This document shows, piece by piece, positions 1-7,196 of a DNA stretch of 64,000 bases. Where the stretch lies: contig CAVTRY010000016.1 in NCBI GenBank assembly GCA_963737265.1, forward strand, positions 352,001 through 416,000. Direction: 5' to 3'. Both the position numbers and the translations under genes were made by a program. Below the pieces are notes generated by a model. That model made no database searches and was not told the origin of the DNA. It was given only the letters and a program-made list of their open reading frames with translations. Numbering within the stretch: position 1 is the stretch's first letter; each line of letters opens with the position of its first letter. The stretch is from an uncultured delta proteobacterium. Lineage in GTDB: Bacteria; Myxococcota_A; Polyangia; Fen-1088.

Positions 1-702
1 GGCGTAGCCGAGCCCCATGCACAACCCAGCCAGCACGGGATGGGCGGCATCGAGGCTGGCCCAGGCATAGCCAATCGCGCAGGTCACGCCGACGACGTGA
101 GCCGTGAACCACACCTGCCCAATGACCGACGAAAAATAGTAGACCGACCCCACGCCAAACATCACGGTCAACCACAGGTCGTCGCCGATGCCGCGTTTTG
201 AGTAGCCGCGCTCTTTCAGCCGCCGCAGCAGCAAGAACAGCAGCACGGGATTGATGGCGGCCCAAATCACCGTGAACAGCACGTCGTTGAATTTTAGGTG
301 CGCCACGGCCACGAACGGCAGCATCAGCACCGCGGGAAACGGTGGGAAGGAAACATAGCGAATATCCGAGCGCGAAGCGATTTGCTCGTTGTCGATGGTC
401 AGAGATTTTCCGCGCAAGGGATAGAAACGGTCGGTGGGTCCGGTTTTGCCGAACATGCCCTTGAGCGTCCGCCCGTCCTTGAGGTGCAACACCTCGACGC
501 GCGCCCAGTCGTTTTCGTTGGGCGGCGGAACCGGCATGTCCAAGCGCCCATGCAGCCAGCCTTCGGCGAGATACACGAAGTGATTGTAGAGCGAGTGCTG
601 AAGCAAGCGCCCGCCCGAAGCGCCGAGATACGCGCCCAGGAAGACGACGTAGATCACAACCAGCCCCCAGCGGCTTGCGAATAGGCGTTCAAAACGGGTC
701 AT
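1..702 (-). CDS. Polytopic membrane protein, GT-C-like (partial, runs off the left edge)
   Basis: ATG at 702 overlaps the stop of the upstream gene (ATGA). Manual translation MTRFERLFASRWGLVVIYVVFLG...YVSFPPFPAVLMLPFV... stays open to the window edge and has several hydrophobic helices. Confidence 0.7.
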   Translation of the reverse strand, partial: MTRFERLFASRWGLVVIYVVFLGAYLGASGGRLLQHSLYNHFVYLAEGWLHGRLDMPVPPPNENDWARVEVLHLKDGRTLKGMFGKTGPTDRFYPLRGKSLTIDNEQIASRSDIRYVSFPPFPAVLMLPFVAVAHLKFNDVLFTVIWAAINPVLLFLLLRRLKERGYSKRGIGDDLWLTVMFGVGSVYYFSSVIGQVWFTAHVVGVTCAIGYAWASLDAAHPVLAGLCMGLGYA

Positions 703-2564
703 GGTTCAATGGTCTCCGAGGCAGGAAGGGGCGGAGGAAGGGGCAAAGGCACGGGTGTCTTGCGGCGCTCGTAGGCGACGACGAAGGGAACGCCCTCGTG
801 GGTGTAAACTTTCGATGGTTGGGTCGTGCCGTAGGCTTCCCACGCCAGGCCTTCATACACAGTGAAGTGCTTTTCGAGAATCACGATTCCCAAATCCGAC
901 TGCCCGACGACGGGTTCGCCCACGCCCACGTCTCCAATGCCGAGCGGCAGCCGGCCGTCGCGAGAATACATGACGAGGGCGTCGTGCATGACATCGTGCC
1001 AATAGATGCGGTTGGACGGCGGCCGATGCGCGACCAGCCAGGGCAAAATGGGCAGCACGGAATATCCCCAAAACTGCCGGTTCATGCCGATGCTGGCGCC
1101 GCCGGCAAATCCGCCGGCCAGGAGATTGTAGTGGCCCAGGCCATCCGGATGGGAACGCTGGGTTTCGGCCACGGCCGGGGCGCACAGGAGGCCAGCCATG
1201 GCAAAAGGCAGAACGCGGCGCAACCGCGCCGACAGAAACAACCCGGATACCAATTCAATAAGCCACGCGGCCCCAACGCCGGCCACCACGCACAGAAACG
1301 GCATGGCGGGAAGGAAGTGCTTCACACCGCCGAAAATCGGCGTGCTCGGCAGAGCCACCATCAAAATGGGGCCCGCGATGTGTATCGCCAGAAAAGCGCC
1401 CGGGGCGCGATCGACATCCGCACCCGGTCGCGTCCAAGAGGCCTTGGCAGCGGTTGCGGCTTCTTCGAGGAGCACACCGCCAACCTCTCCGCGACGGCGA
1501 CGTCGGCGAACGAACACCAGCGTGCCCGCCGCAGCGAGCACCATCGTGGTCACCGGCAAGGTGAAGGCGGTCGACACGAACGGGAAGGTGACGCGCAGAA
1601 GCTTGCGGCCGGGATCGGTGGGCGGCAGGTTCCAGTTGCGGCCGAGGTATTCGAAATTGTAGTGCTCGTGCTCCGTGTGCCGAAGCACCCAGCCGCGCGC
1701 GCGGTTTACGGGTGAATGCCAAAGCCACGGCCACAGCATGAAAAGCACGACCGGGCCGACGGTCGCCATCGACACGAAGGCAAGCGGAATGCGCGGCGGA
1801 CGGAGCCGACGAAAATCCCCTCGCCGCATCCACAGGTAGTGCGCCAGCAGAAAGATGGGGAATAGCCAGGCGTTGTGCTTGGTGGCAAGCGCCAGCCCCC
1901 AGAAGACGCCACAAAGAATTCCCCAGCGCGGTGAGCGCAGCGATTTCCAGTAAGCCAGCGCAACCAGAACGGCCATCACCGTGATGGGCACATCGAAGCA
2001 GGAGATTTGGGCGTGGAAGAAATAGTGCGGCTCGGCCACCGACAAAACGGCTGCGATGGCGGACGGAATGGGCCGCAGCACGCGGCGCGCGAGCCAGTAC
2101 ACGAGAGCGACGCCCAGCCCGGCGAGCAAGATGGCAGGAAAGCGGAAGGCGCTCGATTCACGGCGAAAGAGCGGCAGGGTCACGTGGCGGCCGGTGATGG
2201 GAATGGGATGCAATCCGCGCTTGGCCGACATGCAGTCGCAGGTGTGGAACAGCCGCCACGAGACGCCGAACAAAACTTTCATCAACGGCGGGTGCTCGTG
2301 ATTGTCGTCCCAAGCGCCGTCGACGGCGGCGCGGGTAAAGGAACGTCCCACGTGTCCCAAGCGCAGGTTGTTCCACACCGATTCAATCCAGCCCCAGTAG
2401 CGTTCGCCCGCGCGAAAATATTGGGATTCGTCGCGCCCGATGCCCTGCCGGCCCTCGACAGCCAGCAACCACGACGAAGCTGCGGCCGCCAGCACGAGCG
2501 GCAGAAGCCATTCGCGCCGCCAACGCGACGGACGTGCCGCCGCCGAGTCCATGTCGCCGTTCAC
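699..2564 (-). CDS. GT-C superfamily (ArnT/PMT_2-like) membrane glycosyltransferase
   Basis: GRDESQY (DE motif after TM1), HEHPPLMK, GLALATKHNA, many TM segments. GTG at 2564 overlaps the upstream stop (GTGA); the ORF-track N-terminal extension is spurious. Confidence 0.8.
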   Translation of the reverse strand: MNGDMDSAAARPSRWRREWLLPLVLAAAASSWLLAVEGRQGIGRDESQYFRAGERYWGWIESVWNNLRLGHVGRSFTRAAVDGAWDDNHEHPPLMKVLFGVSWRLFHTCDCMSAKRGLHPIPITGRHVTLPLFRRESSAFRFPAILLAGLGVALVYWLARRVLRPIPSAIAAVLSVAEPHYFFHAQISCFDVPITVMAVLVALAYWKSLRSPRWGILCGVFWGLALATKHNAWLFPIFLLAHYLWMRRGDFRRLRPPRIPLAFVSMATVGPVVLFMLWPWLWHSPVNRARGWVLRHTEHEHYNFEYLGRNWNLPPTDPGRKLLRVTFPFVSTAFTLPVTTMVLAAAGTLVFVRRRRRRGEVGGVLLEEAATAAKASWTRPGADVDRAPGAFLAIHIAGPILMVALPSTPIFGGVKHFLPAMPFLCVVAGVGAAWLIELVSGLFLSARLRRVLPFAMAGLLCAPAVAETQRSHPDGLGHYNLLAGGFAGGASIGMNRQFWGYSVLPILPWLVAHRPPSNRIYWHDVMHDALVMYSRDGRLPLGIGDVGVGEPVVGQSDLGIVILEKHFTVYEGLAWEAYGTTQPSKVYTHEGVPFVVAYERRKTPVPLPLPPPLPASETIEP

Positions 2565-3460
2565 GGGTTGCGCGCCTCCGCGGCGAACGCGAGGTGGCGC
2601 GCGTGGGCCTTGTCGACCGTGATCTCGAAGCGAACATCGGCAGTCTTGCCAGCCAGGGCGGCGGTGTCGAGTCGGCGCAGGGTCCACCCGCTGGCGCTGG
2701 TGGCCTCGACGGCGCCGAGGTCGCGACCATCGACGAGCACGCGCAAGCGCACCTTGCCATCGCCCGACTTGCGCAGCCACACGTTGTGCAGACCCGCGGC
2801 CACCGCGAGCTCGCGCCCGAGCGGAACCCGCGCATAGTCGATCGCGAGGGTCGCATGCTCCCGCGGCTCGCCCCCAAGGGCGTTGCGCAAGGTCGTGTCG
2901 ACCTCCAATAGCGCTGGTTTCACCATTGCTCCATTCGCGCACTGAAAGCGGTCGAGGACAAGGGCACAGGACGATTCTCCGCCATCCGCCGATACGACCG
3001 ACATGGTGGCCTTGCGCCATTCGGCCAAAAAGTCGAACGTCACCGTCGCCGACTTCTTCTCCCACAGTTTGATCGTAAGCGCGCCATGCCGAGAGCTTGT
3101 GGCGACCGACGCACCGGCGGCGTCCTGCGCGCGCGCGCCGCGCTGGGAGATCTCCCAGATGCGGCCAAAGCGGGCGACGTCCATACGGCCCGCTACCGGC
3201 ACTGGGATGAGGTCGCCCAAGTGGAGGCGCATCACCGGATCGGCCCAGGCGGGCGCCGCGACGATGAGATCGCCGGGACGAAAGCCAGCGCGCACCTCGG
3301 CCGCCGCCGCGACCCAATCCTTGTCGGTAGGCGCGCGATACGGCGCCACCACGGCATTCACCGTCTCGACCAGCGCGAACATGACGACGACAGCGGCGGC
3401 GACGAGGGAAATTCGTTGCCGCCGCAGAAAATCACGGTCGATCAAATGGGCGGGAAACAC
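2561..3460 (-). CDS. Membrane-anchored hypothetical protein with a C-terminal beta-rich domain
   Basis: N-terminal TM (ISLVAAAVVVMFALV), then PGDLIVAAPAWADP; translationally coupled to the GT-C gene. Start uncertain. Confidence 0.6.
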   Translation of the reverse strand: MFPAHLIDRDFLRRQRISLVAAAVVVMFALVETVNAVVAPYRAPTDKDWVAAAAEVRAGFRPGDLIVAAPAWADPVMRLHLGDLIPVPVAGRMDVARFGRIWEISQRGARAQDAAGASVATSSRHGALTIKLWEKKSATVTFDFLAEWRKATMSVVSADGGESSCALVLDRFQCANGAMVKPALLEVDTTLRNALGGEPREHATLAIDYARVPLGRELAVAAGLHNVWLRKSGDGKVRLRVLVDGRDLGAVEATSASGWTLRRLDTAALAGKTADVRFEITVDKAHARHLAFAAEARNP

Positions 3461-3549
3461 AGGCCCGGCAGCGTACCCCAAGTCGACCCAGCGAGGCGAG
3501 CCAGTTTGCTCTAGCCAAGACAAGAGGAACGTCGACGCACGGGGCACTC

Positions 3550-4476
3550 CTACTCCACCGACGTGCACCAGGCGCGGTACTTGGCCACTCGGCCGCGAAC
3601 GACATCGAAGAAAAGGTCGCGCACCTTCTTCGTCAGCGGGCCGATTTGTCCGCCGCCCACGGGACGGTGATCGATGCGCGACACCGCGGTGATCTGCGCC
3701 GCCGTGCCAGTCAGAAAGACCTCGTCGGCCACGAACAATTCGCCGCGCTCGATGGGACGTTCCTCGACCGCCGCATCGAGCTCGTCGCGCAGCAGGGTGA
3801 TGAGCGACCGCCGCGTGATGCCTTCGAGCACGCTCTGGTTGAGCGAGGGCGTGGCCACCACGCCGCGCCTGACGATGAAGATATTCTCGCCCGATCCTTC
3901 GCTGACGTAGCCGTCGTGATTGAGCAGCAGCGCCTCGTCGAAACCGGCCAACTCGGCGTCGCTTTTGGCAAAGGCGCTGTTGGCGTAGCTGCCGGTGATC
4001 TTGCCGCGCGCCGGAATCACGTTGTCCTCGGGCCGCCGCCACGACGAAACCGTGCAGTGGGCGCCGTCGGCCTTGTCGATGTAAAGACCGAACGGAACGG
4101 CGACGATGCCGAGGCACGGCGTCAGACCGTGCAAACGCACGCCTATAACCTCGTCGCTGTAGAAGGCGAGCGGCCGAATGTAGCAATCATCTTTCAGGCC
4201 CTCGGCACGCAGCAAATCGAGAATGGCCCGCGCCGTTGCTTCTTCAGAGAGGGCCAGCGTCATGCGCAGAAGTCGCGTCGATTCGTGCAGCCGGCGCACA
4301 TGGTCGCCAAGACGAAAGACCAGCAGCCTACCTTCATCTCCGTTCCAATAACCGCGAATCCCGGCGAAGACGCCGGTGCCGTAGTTGAGGGCGTGGGTGA
4401 GCAGTCCGACCTGCGCCTCGGCGTAGGGAACGATGCGATCCTTGAAAAACGCCATGCGGGGAAGCTTGGTTGCCAC
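3550..4476 (-). CDS. ilvE: Branched-chain amino acid aminotransferase (class IV PLP)
   Basis: HALNYGTGVFAGIRGY, ARGKITGSY, SEGSGENIF, LEGITR, EVFLTGTAA; RBS GAAGGAGGA before the GTG. Confidence 0.93.
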   Translation of the reverse strand: MATKLPRMAFFKDRIVPYAEAQVGLLTHALNYGTGVFAGIRGYWNGDEGRLLVFRLGDHVRRLHESTRLLRMTLALSEEATARAILDLLRAEGLKDDCYIRPLAFYSDEVIGVRLHGLTPCLGIVAVPFGLYIDKADGAHCTVSSWRRPEDNVIPARGKITGSYANSAFAKSDAELAGFDEALLLNHDGYVSEGSGENIFIVRRGVVATPSLNQSVLEGITRRSLITLLRDELDAAVEERPIERGELFVADEVFLTGTAAQITAVSRIDHRPVGGGQIGPLTKKVRDLFFDVVRGRVAKYRAWCTSVE

Positions 4477-4490
4477 GGCAATCCTCCTTC

Positions 4491-4589
4491 AGTCCACTTT
4501 TAAGTCCAATTTGCATCCACTGTACAAACAGGCTTGAAAATGAGCCCACAGCGACCCAGATTCAAGAACCACTTGACCGGAAGTGGACT
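4491..4589. promoter_or_regulatory. Putative MocR operator in the ilvE/MocR divergent region
   Basis: TCCA(C/A)T direct repeats at 4493, 4505 and 4516 (11-12 bp spacing), an inverted copy AAGTGGACT at 4581-4589, and palindrome CCACTT-N6-AAGTGG. Confidence 0.55.
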
Positions 4590-4602
4590 TAGCGGAGACG
4601 CC

Positions 4603-6066
4603 GTGGACCCCATCGCCAACCTTACCGCAACCCTCGGCACCTTTTCTCGCGGGGACGGGCCGCTCTATCAACAATTGGCTCAGGCCATCACCCTCGCCGT
4701 CGAGCGCAGCGACATTCTCCCCGGCACGCGGCTGCCGCCCGAACGCTCGCTCGCCGATGCGCTCAAGCTGAGTCGTACCACCGTCGTGCAGGCCTACGCG
4801 CGCCTGCGCGAGGCGGGCACGATCGAGAGCCGGCACGGCAGCGGAACCTGGGTGCGGCGCGCGGGCAAGACTGCCTGGCCGAGTCCGCAGGAGCACGAGG
4901 TCTCGTCCGCCTTCCGCCGCAACGTGGTGTTTCGTAGTTTGATCGAACGCTCGGATGACACCATCGGATTCGTCAGCGCCCAACTTCCGCCCCTGCCCGA
5001 AGTAAATGCAGCGGCCAAGGAAGTGGCTCGCCAGGGGGCCAAAAATCCCGGCGACAGTGAAGGCTACATCCCCATGGGATTGCCCGCCCTGCGCCAGGCC
5101 GTGGCCGTCCATCTCGGCCAGACTGGCCTGCCCACCCGCGCGGAGCAGGTTCTCATCACGAACGGCGCCCAGCAGGCCATCAGCCTGGTCGCCGGATTGC
5201 TGGTGGCGCGCGGCGAGTCCGTGATCACCGAGGATCCGACCTACATCGGTGCCATCGACGTGCTGGTTTCGGCCGGCGCGCGCGTGCTGACCCTGCCGGG
5301 CGCGGCGGATGGAATCGATCTCGATCGCCTGCGCGCGCTGCTGGCCGTGCGCCCACGCTTGCTTTACGTCGTGCCGACCTTCCACAATCCCACGGGCGCG
5401 CTCATGCCCGACCACACGCGCCGCGAAATCGCTCGCATGAGCGAAGAATTGCAAGTACCCGTCGTCGAAGACAACACCCTGGCGGGGATTTCTCTCGGGC
5501 GAAGTCCGCCGCCGCCGATCGCTGCCTTTGCCAAAAACGCTCCCATCCTGACCATCGGCTCGCTCAGCAAGGTTTTCTGGGCCGGACTGCGCGTGGGCTT
5601 CATCCGCGGCCCCGAGACCTGGATCGCGCGCCTCGGCCGATTCAAAGCGCTTTCCGACCTTGGCAGTCCGCTTTTCACCCAGGCCATGGCCGTGCTACTG
5701 CTCGAACACATGCCAGCGGCGGAAACAGATCGCCGCCGCGAGGTGAGCGCAAAGCTGGAACTGCAAACTCGCCTGCTCGCGAAGCACGTGCCTGCGTGGA
5801 CCTGGAAGAAGCCGGCGGGCGGCTTGCTACTATGGGCGCGCATGCCGGTTGGCGATGCTGATGAGCTTGCCGAGATCGCCCAGCGCCACGGCGTGACGCT
5901 GGTACCCGGTTCGGCCAACTCGCCCGATCACCGTTTCGCCGACTGCGTCCGACTGCCACTTGTCGCCGACGCCGCTACCATGAAAGAAGGCATCGCCCGC
6001 TTGGGCAGGGCTTGCCGAGAATATCAGCCGCGACCACGGACCGCGGGCTTCGAGGTGGTCGTGTAA
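4603..6066 (+). CDS. MocR/GabR-family GntR regulator with PLP-binding domain
   Basis: wHTH LPPERSLADALKLSRTTVVQAY; AAT-like domain ITNGAQQA, PTFHNPTG, GSLSKVFWAGLRVG; GTG start after GGAG. Confidence 0.93.
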   Translation: MDPIANLTATLGTFSRGDGPLYQQLAQAITLAVERSDILPGTRLPPERSLADALKLSRTTVVQAYARLREAGTIESRHGSGTWVRRAGKTAWPSPQEHEVSSAFRRNVVFRSLIERSDDTIGFVSAQLPPLPEVNAAAKEVARQGAKNPGDSEGYIPMGLPALRQAVAVHLGQTGLPTRAEQVLITNGAQQAISLVAGLLVARGESVITEDPTYIGAIDVLVSAGARVLTLPGAADGIDLDRLRALLAVRPRLLYVVPTFHNPTGALMPDHTRREIARMSEELQVPVVEDNTLAGISLGRSPPPPIAAFAKNAPILTIGSLSKVFWAGLRVGFIRGPETWIARLGRFKALSDLGSPLFTQAMAVLLLEHMPAAETDRRREVSAKLELQTRLLAKHVPAWTWKKPAGGLLLWARMPVGDADELAEIAQRHGVTLVPGSANSPDHRFADCVRLPLVADAATMKEGIARLGRACREYQPRPRTAGFEVVV

Positions 6067-6109
6067 CGGACGAGCTTTGTGACGGCTTCCTTTGCCGGCA
6101 GTTCGCCGG

Positions 6110-7147
6110 TCATCGCGCTCGCCGCACTGGCTGCCACTCTTTAGCCGGCGCAACTGTCCGGTTTTCTTTGCGGAACGCGCTGTAGCGAAGGATGTCGCTG
6201 GCTAGACGAGGAATTTCCCGGCTGCCGTTGCCCTTCAGCCTTTCTTTCACGTGTCCAAGGCTGTTGGCGAGCAGGAAGGCAGCGTCCACCGCCATGGCGT
6301 AAAGCAGCCCGTGGTTCTTGGCGAAATACCGTCGCCGCGACTCGAACCAGTAGGCAGGCAATCTCTTGGGTTCTCTTTGCTCGCCCGTCACGCCCGTGCT
6401 CTGCCCGGCAATATGCATGACCCTGCTTTCTGGAACGTACCAGATGGCCCAGCCGGCGGCTTTGATTTTTCGGCAGAAGTCGGTTTCCTCGAAATAGAGA
6501 AAGTAGTTCTCGTCCATGCCGCCAAGGTCTTCGACGACCTTGCGCCGAAGCATCATGGAGGCGCCGGGGAACCAATCCACTTGTTCGCAAACGCTGCCCA
6601 TGGGCCTCGTCACGATGTGGTTGCGCAAAAGACGGCTCACCACGCCCAAACGCAGCCCGTGGTCGACCTCGCTTAGCAAACTAGGATAGCGAAAAGCGAA
6701 CGGCCAAGGCTGCCGGTTCTCATCTTCCAGGCTGCTGCCGACAATCCCGGCATCGGGATGCTGGTCGAGAAAGCGCACCAGCGCACCGATGGCGCCAGCA
6801 CGCACCTCGGTGTCGGGATTGAGCAGAAAGAAGTAGTCGGGCACATCGGTAGACTCGAAGCCGTGGCGAAAACCGAGGTTGTTGCCATAAGCGAATCCGC
6901 CGTTCCTCGGCGCCGCGACGACGGTCACCCAGTCCTGCCACGCGAGCTCCGTCACGGCGCTTTGGATGGGCTCCGCATCCCCCGATGCATTGTCGATCAC
7001 CACCACCCGCAACGAGACGTTGTGCGATGCCTCGGCGTCCCGCTCGTTGGCCAACGTTGCGAGCAGCTTCTTCACCAAGGTCGAGGTCTTGTAGGTGACG
7101 ATCACCGCCAATACGGTCCGCGCGGGGTCGTTTGGCTTTTCATTCAT
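6110..7147 (-). CDS. GT2 glycosyltransferase (WbbL/rhamnosyltransferase-like)
   Basis: VVIDNASGD, NGGFAYGNN, LLNPDT, GGMDENYFLYFEETDFC; starts 49 bp after the stop of the NRPS gene on the same strand. Confidence 0.9.
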   Translation of the reverse strand: MNEKPNDPARTVLAVIVTYKTSTLVKKLLATLANERDAEASHNVSLRVVVIDNASGDAEPIQSAVTELAWQDWVTVVAAPRNGGFAYGNNLGFRHGFESTDVPDYFFLLNPDTEVRAGAIGALVRFLDQHPDAGIVGSSLEDENRQPWPFAFRYPSLLSEVDHGLRLGVVSRLLRNHIVTRPMGSVCEQVDWFPGASMMLRRKVVEDLGGMDENYFLYFEETDFCRKIKAAGWAIWYVPESRVMHIAGQSTGVTGEQREPKRLPAYWFESRRRYFAKNHGLLYAMAVDAAFLLANSLGHVKERLKGNGSREIPRLASDILRYSAFRKENRTVAPAKEWQPVRRAR

Positions 7148-7196
7148 CGGAGTCGGGGACCTCTCTTTGCCCACGCTAGCGCCGAGGGTTTCCAAT

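Noticed and set aside
2565-4186. Long N-terminal extensions of the 872-aa and 541-aa ORFs
   Set aside because: They overlap real upstream genes in another frame and are Arg-rich nonsense; better internal starts exist.
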